A stretch of DNA of 63,510 bases, the filler included, from Licmophora abbreviata (Eukaryota): the NCBI GenBank assembly GCA_900291995.1. It is 12 parts of 12 records of this genome, joined end to end, with 100 filler letters (N's around TTAATTAATTAA, not from the genome) between each part and the next. Parts side by side here need not be neighbours in the genome. Positions count along the whole stretch, not along the records: positions 43,130 to 46,161 come from OLMU01000584.1; positions 46,262 to 48,194 come from OLMU01000585.1; positions 48,295 to 59,626 come from OLMU01000586.1; 9 more parts are not named here. One strand, written 5' to 3'. Below are positions 43,283-55,431 of the stretch, piece after piece. A program made the translations under genes and the position numbers. The notes under the pieces are model-generated. The model was not told where the DNA came from and made no database searches. It worked only from the letters and a program-made list of their open reading frames with translations. The number at the start of each line of letters is the position of its first letter. The stretch's first letter is position 1.

Positions 43283-46109
43283 TTAGGCAACACATTCTCG
43301 ACATTGCTCACAGTCGCAAGTCACCGCACAGCCTGTTTGAATGATTCTCATCGGTTCAATCTCGCACACCTCAGATGGAATGGCGCCTGTGATACCGTTG
43401 TTGCCGTCGACAAATAGAATCTCCAGATTTGCCAGATTGCCGATTTCGGTCGGGACCGGTCCGGTGAGCAAGTTTTCGCGCAAGTCCAAAATGACTAGCG
43501 ACTCCATGTTGCCCATCTCGGAAGGAATCGGACCACTTAACGAGTTGATGTGCAGTTGGAGTTCCATTAGATTCTGGAGACTGCCGAAAGTCGTAGGAAT
43601 CGTACCAGTGAAGCCGTCGCTTCCCTCGTCCTCATTCCTGCTGAAACGGAGTTTTAACACCTCTGAAAAATGAAAACGAAAGGGTTGTGAACGTGTCAGT
43701 CGACCGACATTGTTATTAGCAACCAAGGTGACGAGCACATGCACTACAACGTAAAGTACTCACTCAGCGTGCTAAGATCTCCAATACTTTCCGGGATCGG
43801 ACCTGTGAACAGGTTTTCGTCGAGCTCGATCTCCTCTGCGGAAATGAACATACACACAAGATTAGTGAAAGTCTCGGGCATCGCCAGTCATCCCTCGTTA
43901 TACTCACCGATTTTCGGCAGGTCGTAATGGACTCGGGTAGAGCCCCAGACAAAAAATTCTGGCTAAGATCAAGAACCAAGAGGTTCTCAAGTTGAGAAAT
44001 AGACCCAGGCAAGTTGCCGGTCAAGGCATTTCTCTGCAGCTCCAGGTTCTTGAGGGTAGTCAAGCTTCCAATCGCGTCCGGAAGAACCCCAGTAAGTCCA
44101 CATCCCTGGATGAATAACCCTTCGAGATTCTGAAGATTTCCAATATCCTCCGAGAGTCCGCCTTCCAAATTGTTCCCGCGAAGCTCCAACGACGTGAGCT
44201 CAGATAGGGAGTAAACCGATGCATCAATTTCGCCCGTCAGAGTATTATCTTCGAGCCGAAGTCCCCGCAAGTTGGCGAGGTTGCTAATATCGGCGTCGAT
44301 GGGGCCGAACAAGTTGGACGCGTGAAGGTGCAGCGTGACCAAGTCAACGAGGTCATACACGAATCCTGGGATAATTCCAGGATCATAGTTATTACCTCCC
44401 AATCTTAAATCTTGCAGCGCCACCAAGCTGGCGAGTGATTCGGGAATCGCACCCGAGAGCTCATTCTCGTTAACGTAGAGTCCAACTGTGGTATAGTACA
44501 GAAATAACAAGAAGACGAGCGTCAGTTTTTCGCTAGCCTCATTCTTGACACAATGGCCGGCGCTTCATTGGCATGAACGAACCTGCGTTGACCAATCCAC
44601 CGAGTTCCTCTGGAATAGCTCCAGTGAACGAGTTTTCCGAAAGGAACAGAGACTGTAAGTTCAAACAGAGTCCCAGCTCAGACGGGATTGCGCCATCCAT
44701 CGAGTTACTCAATAAATCAAGGGTTACAAGATTAGCAAGATTTCCAAACTCCGTGGGGATTCCACCCGTCAGCTCGTTTGAGTACATCCACAAGAACCCT
44801 GTAGTTGAATAAGAGCACGAGAGCGTACGGTCAGCAGTCGATTCTCAACGCACAGCGCTTGTTGCCGACCAGGAGTGTGATTCGACTTACTGAGACTCGC
44901 CATATTGCCCATTTCCGTCGGGATAATACCAGTTAGGATGTTTTCACTGACTGTAAATCGAGTGAGGCTTTGAAGATTCGCAACAAGTGGCGACACCTGC
45001 CCGCTGAACGAATTTCCGTCGAGAACGAGCCGCTCCAAGCGGAGCAACGAATAAAATGACTCTGGAATACCACCCTCAAAGTTATTTGACGATAGACCCA
45101 GAAAGACCAACTTCGTCAGAGGAGAGAAGTCAATGCCCTCGATGATCCCGTTCAAGCCATTGTTGTTGAGTGCCAGTCTCGTGAGCTCGATGAGTTCAGT
45201 GACCGACTCAGGCAGAGATCCTGACATGGAGTTTGCACGCAGGTTGAGCACCTGCAGATCTCTCAAGAGCGCGAGATCGGGAGGGATTTCCCCAGTCACG
45301 CCATTTGCGGCTAATTCAATACCAGTCACAGTGGGGGTGGCCTGCAAGTGACGACGAACCCTTTGAGTAGAACATGTGATACCGAACCACGTACACTCGT
45401 CCTCGTTTAACCAATTCGTCTCGTCCGTCCAGGTTGCGTCGCCCTGGCGACTGTAATAGAGTGTCGCGAGCGCGTAGCGTTCAAGCATGCGAACTTGCGA
45501 TTCCTCGTTGGTCGCGTCCAGTTGTAAAGTATCTTCCGTCGCCACCCAGCTAGCGGCAAGCGATTCGGGACTCGAAGGATCGTCCAGCGCTCCTTCGTCT
45601 GCAAATGAAACGGTCGAGAGCAGCCCCTTGAAGCTCTCCAGTCGTTCAGCATCGGACTCCGACGTAGGGGGTACCGTAGGGGGGCTTGTCATGGGTGCCA
45701 TCGTGGGCGATGGACCAGGAGAGTCTGCATCATCGGTGAAAGCCCCCGTACCGAAGCCGATACCAAGAACCAAAATTAGGACAAGGACCACAAGACAGAT
45801 TAGACCGCCGATCCAAAGAGCCCGCTTGTTCTCTTGTAAGGCTTGTTGCCGCTTCTCTCGTCGTTGCATGCGCTCAACCACCTTGGTGGGACCGATTTCC
45901 ACGGATCCGTCGTCCGAGATCTCGTCGGGGTCGCCATACTTGAACTTCCCTTGTACGCCGCTCTCTTCAGCCATGGCGACAGGTGTCTCGGCCGCCATCA
46001 GATCGGCCTCCTCTTTCTTTTCTTCTGCAGAAGCCGCCCCATCCTTCTTTTCGCCCTTGGGAGGAGGGCGTGAGGGCGGCGGCGGAGGCAAAGAATCGTC
46101 GTCGTCCAT
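43283..46109 (-). CDS. Type II membrane leucine-rich-repeat protein (diatom-expanded family); introns 44799..44890, 44486..44582, 43836..43907, 43663..43763
   Basis: N-terminal TM, ERYALATLYY…NWL..ECTWFGITC cap, many L..L.L..N.LTG.IP repeats, C-terminal C.CC-like cap. All four introns are GT-AG. Confidence 0.85.
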
Positions 46110-46761
46110 GGTTACACTCTTCCCTCAAGACTAGTTTTGTTGTCAGACTTGAAAGAGAGAGNNNNNNNNNNNNNNNNNNNNNNNNNNNNNNNNNNNNNNN
46201 NNNNNTTAATTAATTAANNNNNNNNNNNNNNNNNNNNNNNNNNNNNNNNNNNNNNNNNNNNCCTCAAGACTAGTTTTGTTGTCAGACTTGAAAGAGAGAG
46301 CAAATTTGCAAATTTGAAAGGATTGATTGTCACGCCGGCGTCATTGGTGTGAAATTTTTATTCTCTTGTTCTGCAGTTGTAAAATTGGATTCAATGATAC
46401 GTCATCTTTGCTTATGTGTGCGACATATCATATCGATAGGAAGAGGTGGGAGCGATGCTATCAACACGACTCGACTCGACTCATAACTTAGATAGCTACG
46501 ATGCCATTACGGTACATTGTCATATACCAGTACAGTTCAACATTGTTAACTCAATGCAGTCTACTCTACTAGATGCAGTCAATACTCGGACTATTGGAGC
46601 GAGCACCTTTATACTGAAATGTGTTAAATCCCGAATGGGAACCTCTTCGCCGTGTCGCGCGCGACCACCATTTCGTATTGCGATCGATATGGCTTGGCCC
46701 CCTCGTATCGATCCAAGATACTACACTCGTCATCTAAAACATATCTACCAGTAGCGTGGCA

Positions 46762-48153
46762 TCAGCTTTCTTTGACGAACAAGCCAGCACCGTATCCAAT
46801 GCTCAAAACAAAACCGAGAAACAAGCCAAGGAAAATGCCAAGAAAAGTAAGGTCTCGCTTGTTCGTGACAATCCAGCGGCAGACTTTCGAGTCGTTCGCT
46901 ACTCGTTTGGCGGTTCTCTGGAGGTTCGATTCGGATGTCATCATGTTTTCATCATTTTCCCTCCACGAACGGTTGTCGTATAGACAAGTTCCAGCCTTGT
47001 CTGAGTCTTCATCAACAATAGGAATAGTTTCAGGTTCAGCACCCTCCTCACTCGACGATAGCGAAAGAAAGCTGTCCTTGAGCGGAGTTGGGTCGACGTC
47101 CGAGTCGCAAAAGATTTGACTATCATCTATCACCATCGTGAGCCCCTTGTCGGCGACCATGAAGAGCAAGTTATTGTCTTGAGCAATTGAATTCGGGGAG
47201 TGTCCGGAATCAAATGGATCCGTTTGTGGATCGTCGTTCAAATCATGTTTGCGTGAAAGAGCGAGGCCATCCTTCGATAAAACACCAATGTCCCCAGCTT
47301 CCGCCATCGATAGCACTCCCTCGTCGTCGTTTCCCATTGTTACATCCTGGTCGGAACTATCGCTTCCTTCTGTGATGTGGAGCATCATCATACAAGTGTT
47401 GGTACTAGTAGACGCAAAAACCGCCGGCGGGACCTTGTTTGGAGAATGTGACACCACCGAGGTACTTTCCAGATACTCACTTCCGATGGAAGAGTCCAAT
47501 AGGAACGAGGATCGTCCAGGTGCAGCATTTTGTTGCTCGACGAAACTATCGTCATTGTTCCAGACGCAGCCATGATTTGGGTCAGAAGGTGGCGTAGAAG
47601 TAGGAGAAGGAGCGACGATGCCATCCTCCAGCGTTCCTTCCGATGCCGATGACGAAGACGACGAAGAGATTCGAGTAGCTGTCGCGGATTGATCGGAGGT
47701 AGCATCCTTCGTGCGGGTGATTGTGTGATTTTGTCGATGATCTGTTGCCAATTTGTCGTTTCCTCTCAACGAAACCTCCTCTCCATCCAGTTCATCCGAA
47801 GATGAAAACGAAATGACCGATAACTCATCCGACACATCCATCTTGAGTACATCGCTCGCACTTTCGGCGGACGACAGTGAGATAAGAGTCGCATCCTCGC
47901 CGGCATTACTTTCGTCGAAATTATCATCATCCGTCGGAATGACGTTGCATTTCTTGATGGATGCGGTCGTCGAAAGAGTCATTCCATCGCCCGTTTCTCC
48001 CATACTCTGTAGCATGATGCCACCTCCACTGTCGTCGGACTGTCGAGGTGCAACGGGAGGATGCGTGAGAGGCATAGAGTCGTCCATCGTGCCGATACCG
48101 GTATCCATGACAGGCGCCGCTTGGTTAGATTGAGTTTTGGCGCCAAAAAACAT
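46762..48153 (-). CDS. Hypothetical acidic, Ser-rich disordered protein with C-terminal TM (tail-anchored candidate)
   Basis: Long ORF; ends LTFLGIFLGLFLGFVLSIGYGAGLFVKES. Confidence 0.6.
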   Translation of the reverse strand: MFFGAKTQSNQAAPVMDTGIGTMDDSMPLTHPPVAPRQSDDSGGGIMLQSMGETGDGMTLSTTASIKKCNVIPTDDDNFDESNAGEDATLISLSSAESASDVLKMDVSDELSVISFSSSDELDGEEVSLRGNDKLATDHRQNHTITRTKDATSDQSATATRISSSSSSSASEGTLEDGIVAPSPTSTPPSDPNHGCVWNNDDSFVEQQNAAPGRSSFLLDSSIGSEYLESTSVVSHSPNKVPPAVFASTSTNTCMMMLHITEGSDSSDQDVTMGNDDEGVLSMAEAGDIGVLSKDGLALSRKHDLNDDPQTDPFDSGHSPNSIAQDNNLLFMVADKGLTMVIDDSQIFCDSDVDPTPLKDSFLSLSSSEEGAEPETIPIVDEDSDKAGTCLYDNRSWRENDENMMTSESNLQRTAKRVANDSKVCRWIVTNKRDLTFLGIFLGLFLGFVLSIGYGAGLFVKES

Positions 48154-48461
48154 GTCGAATTTCAATGTACTATTAGCTTTTGTATACAAAGAAANNNNNN
48201 NNNNNNNNNNNNNNNNNNNNNNNNNNNNNNNNNNNNNNTTAATTAATTAANNNNNNNNNNNNNNNNNNNNNNNNNNNNNNNNNNNNNNNNNNNNAATTTC
48301 AATGTACTATTAGCTTTTGTATACAAAGAAAGAGCTACCCGGCTTCTACTCTAAACCAAATAAAGCTAGAAAACTATCAGATCCGTCTGGCGTGCGACCT
48401 CAGCGCCGATCTCTCGCTTCCACTCATCCATCACAAAAATGGCACAACAAAACAAATTTTC

Positions 48462-50252
48462 TTGACCATTGACCACATCCATCACATGAACAGCGTGCCA
48501 GCGGCGCCGATGACGAGGATGCTCACCATGAGAGGCAGTCACCTACTACTGAAGAGAAACATCATGTGTAGTTTAAACGTAGTGACACTGCTTATCACTA
48601 CTTTTCCTGTCTGTCGGAGTCATTTGATACGACTACCGGCGACGCGAAGGATCAAGGTCGGCGGCGCCATCACCACCACTGCTACATGCATGTCCACGTC
48701 TTCATCATCATCAGCAACATCGTCGCCACTTCTCGCCTCAACAGCGAAGATACCTCGTGTGATTGTGGCCCGAACGCGTCAATCTAAATCATTCCGAGAT
48801 GGAAATCCATTGGTGTTTGCAGGAGCAATCTCCTATACACAATCGGCGAAGGATCAAGCCGACGAACACCTCCAATTGGCTTCCCTTGTAGCGGTGGAGG
48901 TGCAGACAGCAAAGCAAACGACGACAGGAAACAACAATAACAAGAAAAAGAGAACCAACCGGAATCGAAAACAAACCACATCGCCGCAATACCCGCACTA
49001 TCATGATTCCAGTCCTGTCCAGGCGCCGAACGATGCCACTCAATTCATTGGTTGGGGTGTCTACAATCCGCATTCCATGTACCGAGTACGAATACTGTGT
49101 CATGCCATGATCTCTTCTCCCGCCTTGATGGCGGCGATTCGAGATTGCAACGATGAGAGCGACGCGATTGGCCTCATAGTTCAGCACAAGATCGATGCTG
49201 CGATACGGATTCGTCGTGACGCCTTGAACCTTCCGAATGCTGAAACGGATACCTACCGCCTTGTCAATGGAGAGGGCGATGGATTGTCGGGCTTAGCGAT
49301 AGACGTGCTGGGAGGCAAAGTTGCAGTGGTCATGTCTTCGGCTGCGTGGTGCGAAGTTCACAGAACGGTCATCATGAACCGTCTCGAGGAGTCGTTGTCG
49401 AGACACCACCAAGGGCACTCATCGTCACAGGAGACAGCACTTGATATCGTGTGGAAGACAACCGCTGCTCGACTGCGTCAAGATGGGATGGAGGACGTTC
49501 CTGAGGACGAATCCTTCTCATCCGACAATGCCGCTTCCGATGACGCAATGGTGATTGCAACCGAGGCTGGGATACGATATCAGAGTTTCCCTTATGAACG
49601 GGGTCAGAAGACTGGGGTATACTGCGATCAACGCGAGAATCGATGGAATCTGGCCTTGTTGTGTCGCGACAAGAGAGTACTCGACCTGTGCTGCTTCCAT
49701 GGAGGGTTTTCGTTGAATGCCAAGATTCATGGTGGCGCGACAAGCTGCATCGGCGTTGATTCTTCGCAGAATGCCATTGACACGGCCACTGCGAATGCAA
49801 AGCTCAATGATCTTGATGACGATAGTGTTGCTTTCGTGAAAGCAGACATTTCCGACTTCATGAAACAAGAAATTTCGAGTGGTTCTTCCGAATACGACGT
49901 CGTAGTGCTGGACCCACCAAAGCTCGCGCCAACAGTTGCCGGGTTGGACCGCGCTTCGCGCAAGTACCACTCGTTGAATCGGGACGCTCTCAAGCTCGTT
50001 TCGCCAACCCAAGGCGGTTTGCTGTTCACTTGCACCTGTTCCGCTGCAATGACTCAAAAAGACGGCGGGCAATACTTTCTCGACATGGTCCATCAGGCAG
50101 CACTGGCTGCCGGGCGGCAGATTACACTCCTTCGTGTCAGTGGAGCGGCCGCTTGCCATACACAGATTCCGGCTAGCTATCCTGCAGGTGCATACCTTAC
50201 CGCTGCGCTGTTTCATGTCAGTCCAAGCAAGATCTCGGAAGATGTTAAATAG
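48462..50252 (+). CDS. RlmI/RlmK-like SAM-dependent RNA methyltransferase with organellar leader (start uncertain)
   Basis: YRLVNGEGDGLSGL..D, GQKTG.YCDQRENR, VLDLCCFHGGF, VDSS, VVLDPP, TCTCS. Confidence 0.88.
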   Translation: MTIDHIHHMNSVPAAPMTRMLTMRGSHLLLKRNIMCSLNVVTLLITTFPVCRSHLIRLPATRRIKVGGAITTTATCMSTSSSSSATSSPLLASTAKIPRVIVARTRQSKSFRDGNPLVFAGAISYTQSAKDQADEHLQLASLVAVEVQTAKQTTTGNNNNKKKRTNRNRKQTTSPQYPHYHDSSPVQAPNDATQFIGWGVYNPHSMYRVRILCHAMISSPALMAAIRDCNDESDAIGLIVQHKIDAAIRIRRDALNLPNAETDTYRLVNGEGDGLSGLAIDVLGGKVAVVMSSAAWCEVHRTVIMNRLEESLSRHHQGHSSSQETALDIVWKTTAARLRQDGMEDVPEDESFSSDNAASDDAMVIATEAGIRYQSFPYERGQKTGVYCDQRENRWNLALLCRDKRVLDLCCFHGGFSLNAKIHGGATSCIGVDSSQNAIDTATANAKLNDLDDDSVAFVKADISDFMKQEISSGSSEYDVVVLDPPKLAPTVAGLDRASRKYHSLNRDALKLVSPTQGGLLFTCTCSAAMTQKDGGQYFLDMVHQAALAAGRQITLLRVSGAAACHTQIPASYPAGAYLTAALFHVSPSKISEDVK

Positions 50253-50710
50253 TTGCTAATTACCTGTAATGTACAAGTATTGCAACGACTACGCCCCTCG
50301 CCGCCTCGTCGTCCTTGGGAAGACTAGTTGGCAGCTCGGATCTAGCCATCTGGCTGACGTCCTAGACTCATACCAGGTGCTGTAATTATTGTGCTTCAAT
50401 GGTACCAAAGATCTTTCATAGCGTTGGGCAGACAGATTGCTATTATTCTATTGGTGCATGCAACGGCCCCTTGGAGCCTACTCGGAGTACATCGAGAGTC
50501 GAGTCGAGTGAGTCGATTCAACGCAACGCTCGGACGATCATTGGCGTTGTCATACTTATACCGCGGGCATAGGAATGAGGCCTCCGATCCTTGCAATCCT
50601 GTTTCGGGTCGTCCCTCTGCTCAGCTTGGACGTTCCATCTCGTTCTGACTTGTAAAAAGTGAGTCTTTGAGAGTCTCAGAGTTGGTTTGCCTCCAGTCTG
50701 CGGCGAAACG

Positions 50711-52438
50711 ATGAAAATCCAGAAGATTCTTCAGCCGGTCTTTCTGTTGGCGCAAATTCTGGCGACGGCGATGTCTCAGTCCGTCGTCGAGACTGCGACT
50801 TCCACCTCACTCCAGCTTCCCATGGGCGACATCAACATTGTTGTTGTGACGGATGTGCATTCCTGGGTTGCATCTCATGCAGCTCACGATCAAGAGCTCA
50901 ACGCCGACTACGGCGATGTTCTGTCCTTCTACGAGCGACTGCAAGAACTCACGCCGCCCGACCAAGACACATTCTTTGTCATGAATGGCGATTTCACGGA
51001 CGGAACTGGCCTTTCCTCCTATCCACCGAGTCATCTGGTTCCTATACTGCAGCATATGCCTTGGGATGCTGTCAATATCGGTAATCATGAGCTGTACAAG
51101 AACGAGACGGTCGAGTTTCTAATACAGCCAGGGGGATTCGTCGATCACTGGAATGGGAGATACCTTACGTCTAACGTATTGCTAGCGGAAACAAACAAGG
51201 CACTTGGACGTCGTGCGGCTTACTTGAATGGCAAGAACACTGGTGCGAAGATTCTCACTTTTGGATTCCTCTATCACTTTATGGAAAATTGTGAGATGAC
51301 CATTGTCGAACCGGTACATGAGACGATCAAATCCAAGTGGTTCCGTGGGGTTCTGACGGAAGGAGCATTTGATGCAATCCTTGTGCTGGCCCATATGGAT
51401 CATCAAGATCCGCATGTCAATGTCATTCTGGAAGCGATTCGGGAGATTGTCGGTCCGGATGTGCCAGTGCAGTTTCTAACGGGACACTCGCACATGCGGG
51501 GATTCACCCCACTGGATGCTGCCTCCACGTCGTTTGAAGCCGGCCATTATTTGGACACGGTCGGGTTTGCGTCCTTTCCCCTCCCGAGTCGACATGACTC
51601 TTCCGAAAACATGACAGAGCTCTTCCACCACGTCTTTCTAGATGCCAACGACGAAGCCCTGCGGAAGAGCTTGGGAGTATCGAATCTGACGACACCAAAT
51701 GGAACGGCATTGACCAGATTGATTCATGAGACACAGGAAGAGTTGGGCCTACTGGAGGTCCTTGGGTGTAGTCCCGAAACGTACGACCTTGACAGTGGAT
51801 TGAACGATCCTAATTCTCTCATGTCTCTGTACGAAGCCGGTGTGGTGCCGTGGCTCTTCAAGGGGTCGCCTGATTCCATACTCGTGCAATCGCCCATGAG
51901 CTTCCGGTACAGTCTAGAGAAAGGCGATATCCGATGGGACGATGTAATAGCTATATCGCCGTTCAACGATACTTTCTACAAGGTTGCGGAGGATATGTTG
52001 GGGTCGGACCTCTTGCGCGCACTTCGACGAAGAACGCAGGCTGTTGACGCTTGGGCATTGCCAAACGAAGTCATTTCGAGCGAGGTGGATCCTTCTCGAC
52101 GATACGATGTCTACACTACCGGCTTTGAAGTGCCTATCTGGTCGCCAGCCTTCTCCAATGAGACGGGGGTTGATTTTGAGCCCGAATCAATACACACCAC
52201 GACAACAGGACTTTGGAAAGACTACGTCATTCATAATATGCACTGTCATGCTCCATCGTGGCAGCTTGTGGTGATCTCATCCACAACGTATCCTTTCCTG
52301 GTCATACCCGTCGCCATTGTATTGGGTTTCTTTGCCTGGAGATGCATAAGTCGTCGAAGTTGGCGTCTTGGGTATGAGAGATCTGTGGGAGGCCTCGACG
52401 ACCTGAAGCTTGAACCAAGTTACAACACCATTGTATAG
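50711..52438 (+). CDS. Secreted or membrane-anchored calcineurin-like metallophosphoesterase (5'-nucleotidase-like)
   Basis: Signal peptide, TDVHSW, GDFTDGTGLS, IGNHELY, LAHM, GHSH, SPF.D; C-terminal TM. Confidence 0.85.
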   Translation: MKIQKILQPVFLLAQILATAMSQSVVETATSTSLQLPMGDINIVVVTDVHSWVASHAAHDQELNADYGDVLSFYERLQELTPPDQDTFFVMNGDFTDGTGLSSYPPSHLVPILQHMPWDAVNIGNHELYKNETVEFLIQPGGFVDHWNGRYLTSNVLLAETNKALGRRAAYLNGKNTGAKILTFGFLYHFMENCEMTIVEPVHETIKSKWFRGVLTEGAFDAILVLAHMDHQDPHVNVILEAIREIVGPDVPVQFLTGHSHMRGFTPLDAASTSFEAGHYLDTVGFASFPLPSRHDSSENMTELFHHVFLDANDEALRKSLGVSNLTTPNGTALTRLIHETQEELGLLEVLGCSPETYDLDSGLNDPNSLMSLYEAGVVPWLFKGSPDSILVQSPMSFRYSLEKGDIRWDDVIAISPFNDTFYKVAEDMLGSDLLRALRRRTQAVDAWALPNEVISSEVDPSRRYDVYTTGFEVPIWSPAFSNETGVDFEPESIHTTTTGLWKDYVIHNMHCHAPSWQLVVISSTTYPFLVIPVAIVLGFFAWRCISRRSWRLGYERSVGGLDDLKLEPSYNTIV

Positions 52439-52463
52439 AAAACCCGAATTTAGACCTTGCTCT

Positions 52464-54488
52464 TTAAATTCTTCCTCCGGGCCGCAACCCGCTTTTCTCT
52501 TTTCGTATCCTGGACTTGGGCGTACGAGACTGGGGATCGTCGCAAGACGGTGTTGATGCCGAGGAGCTGACAGGCGAGTTCGCATCATCCCAGTCGTCCA
52601 GGTCGTCCCAATTGCCCATGTCGTTATCAATGATATTCAGAGACTGGCGCATCTCAGACGCAGTAAGCTCTCTAGGAAGGTCATCCGCAGCAGGACCTTC
52701 ACGAGCTGTGGAAAGATCGAGTGTCGACAGCGTCATATCGCCGAAAAGCTCTTCTGTCGTGGATGGCTCCTGTTGCGTGGACGACGACGATGGCAGCCTC
52801 CCAAAGTATCCTCGCCACTGATTGATGATATCTGTATGTTCCTGTCCCACATACTCAAAGTGTTGCCTCGTGTCAAAGTCAGGCCCAGGAGGCAAGGTCC
52901 CCAGTATCATTGCGAGTATTTGATCTAGCAGCGACATCTCATCGGTCTTGGCCTCCCTCTCGTCAAGACCCTTATCGCGACGCAAAATTCCTTCTTCTTC
53001 GTCAGCCCACTCTTCCTCCTGAAGCGACTCAAGTAAACCATCCACCTGTTCCAAGCGGTCCTGCAGCGACTGGACTACCGCCTGGGCTTTCCGTAGCTGT
53101 GGCGAAGTAAGAGCTTGTTTCACACGTTCTTCCTCGGCACGAGCATGATCAAACTTCTCACGTTCCAGCGCTAGTTTGGCTGCCTCCGCTTGAGAGGCAA
53201 GCTTGCGCCTGTGTTTCCTGGCAACGCGGCGGACCGCTTTGCCTGCATTTGCTCCCGTGTTCAATGGCATCGTGTCAGTTCCACTTCCAGAGTCAAGAGC
53301 TGGATCTTCCATATCATCGTCGCCGTCGTATGAATTGTCTACATCCACGGACGATGAGTCGACACTGTCCGCATCGGGGTCGGGGTCGCTCACGTAAGTC
53401 GATGCCGGCAATGGCTCTCCAGGCATAGCAAAGGGAAACATCGTGGAATCAAAATCGAGTGCCTCCAATCCACCAGAATATCCATGCTGGATACGAAGAC
53501 GCCTTAACTCAATCGTTGCAGCCGCGTCTCTCTCGTCTTCCAGAGTGGATAGCCTATTCTTCCCCATTTCGAGCCGATGGTCAAACGTTTCGCGCACTTG
53601 GTAGAGTTTGTCTAGCTGCTCCTTTCGACCCTGCGTTCTCCATTGATCTAGGTCTTCTTCACGTTTTCTTATACGTCTAGATTTGTCCTCTGACGAAGCA
53701 AGTCTCCAAAGCTCATGATTCATGTCTACCTTCCAAGACAGGGGACGACTACAGGCAGCCAAGTGTCGAAGCACTCTCTGAACCACCGGAATAGTGTGAG
53801 ACCGAAGCAGGCGTTTCCATTGTCGAGCGGTCACGACAACTTCCTGGCGATCCGATCGACACAAAAAGTCGGGGTATGACACGATTGCATATCTATTCGA
53901 GTTTTCGCTGTTGCTCAATCGTTCGCAGTTGTTCCCGTGGAAAGCCACCCCTGTCTCAAACAGCTCCCCTGCTCGACCTTCGAACTGTCGAGATAGATTT
54001 TCCTCAATGTCATCTGAAGATTCCACTGCCGGTGGCACTGTATCGTCGTCCTTCCAAAGTGCGTTTGTAATCTGTTGCTGCAGCTGCTCAGCCTCTTCCT
54101 TGCTCGTTGGTACATAGCCGACCAATTTTTCCAGATCAACGAATATTACTGGCAGGCTCGGTGGTGGACTTAGTGAAATGTCATCCTCGTCTATCTGCTC
54201 AGACTGATCTGATTCACTATCTTCGTCCTGTTCAACTTCAACACTTTCCGGTGCGTCCTCATCGTCGTCCTGGGTCTCTTCGAACATCGGCCGAGTAGCT
54301 ATGACGTCCTCCCACTCGTCTGATTCTGTTCCTGTGGAGCGAGCATCAGGCTGATCTTCGTCCGAGGATAGTGGGATGGAAGCTTCATACTCAGGCCCAT
54401 GCAACTCTCCGTCCCGTCGTAAATCCGTGACCGTTCCTGGAGGTAGTTTCAAATTCAAGCCAAGAGATGACGAAACTGACAGGGGCAT
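52464..54488 (-). CDS. Hypothetical acidic coiled-coil protein
   Basis: 674-aa ORF with heptad-rich segments; no family recognised. Confidence 0.65.
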   Translation of the reverse strand: MPLSVSSSLGLNLKLPPGTVTDLRRDGELHGPEYEASIPLSSDEDQPDARSTGTESDEWEDVIATRPMFEETQDDDEDAPESVEVEQDEDSESDQSEQIDEDDISLSPPPSLPVIFVDLEKLVGYVPTSKEEAEQLQQQITNALWKDDDTVPPAVESSDDIEENLSRQFEGRAGELFETGVAFHGNNCERLSNSENSNRYAIVSYPDFLCRSDRQEVVVTARQWKRLLRSHTIPVVQRVLRHLAACSRPLSWKVDMNHELWRLASSEDKSRRIRKREEDLDQWRTQGRKEQLDKLYQVRETFDHRLEMGKNRLSTLEDERDAAATIELRRLRIQHGYSGGLEALDFDSTMFPFAMPGEPLPASTYVSDPDPDADSVDSSSVDVDNSYDGDDDMEDPALDSGSGTDTMPLNTGANAGKAVRRVARKHRRKLASQAEAAKLALEREKFDHARAEEERVKQALTSPQLRKAQAVVQSLQDRLEQVDGLLESLQEEEWADEEEGILRRDKGLDEREAKTDEMSLLDQILAMILGTLPPGPDFDTRQHFEYVGQEHTDIINQWRGYFGRLPSSSSTQQEPSTTEELFGDMTLSTLDLSTAREGPAADDLPRELTASEMRQSLNIIDNDMGNWDDLDDWDDANSPVSSSASTPSCDDPQSRTPKSRIRKEKSGLRPGGRI

Positions 54489-54993
54489 CTTGAATGATGC
54501 CTGGTCTCGTTAAGCGACAGGCAGTCACCAGAGTCGAGATGAAATTTAATGGAACGGAGACCGCCAAAAGGGTGTCTCGGGACAGCTCTCGTTGACAAAA
54601 GAACAACACAGTTCGATGAATGTGTGTCGTCGTCGTATAGTAGTCGTCTCGTCAAAATCCATCACATGTTTGTTTTTTTTTCCAGCGCGCGCTTTTTGTG
54701 GGTGGTCATAAAAGCACGACACTTTTACCAGGTGCGACGCAAGGACCATGGCATTTGGGGTTGAGGGTTGACCGCAATGAACTGGAGCGACGCACCCAGA
54801 TAGATCTATCATACGAGTCATATCACACGCCATACGAATACCCTAAGACAATAGGTAGTGTCGTGTACTGGAACAATGGTCGAACTATAACAGAACTTTC
54901 CCTGACATGGTCGCGAAGTCGACAGATCACACATATTGTTGTCTGCATTCAACCTCTCTTCCGAATTGAAAGAATCAACTGGCAGGCGCCCAG

Positions 54994-55431
54994 CTAACGA
55001 CAGCATATACACGACGGAGCTCTTAAACCGTCCCCAGCAAAGGTCATGCTGGCGAGAAACGTAAGCTGCTGCTGCTGGCTTTCCTGTCGAGCGGCGATGG
55101 GTGGGTTCGGTGTCTTTTCATCACGCACAAACTCGGAAGTCTGAAATGATCTTGGCGAACTATTGTCAGAGACACTGATCACCGGAGAGAGAGTACCGTT
55201 ACTTTCTGCGCTTTTCTGTGCAGCTGCAACTGATGGCTCCCAACGAAACCTGGGCTTCGGTGTTGAATCCTCGTCCAACTCACGTCCACCATCACCTCGG
55301 CGCCTTATAGCAGTAGACGAGTCTCGATGAGACAAATGCACAAACCCGACGCCCACCATTAGAAAGGCCAAATATCCAATGAAGCGCGGAGTCGATTCTC
55401 CCGCGGTACCACTACTGTTCATGACGATCAT
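54994..55431 (-). CDS. Small hypothetical type II membrane protein with RXL motif
   Basis: TM segment FIGYLAFLMVGVGFVHL followed by RRRGDGGRELDE. Boundaries uncertain. Confidence 0.4.
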   Translation of the reverse strand: MIVMNSSGTAGESTPRFIGYLAFLMVGVGFVHLSHRDSSTAIRRRGDGGRELDEDSTPKPRFRWEPSVAAAQKSAESNGTLSPVISVSDNSSPRSFQTSEFVRDEKTPNPPIAARQESQQQQLTFLASMTFAGDGLRAPSCICCR

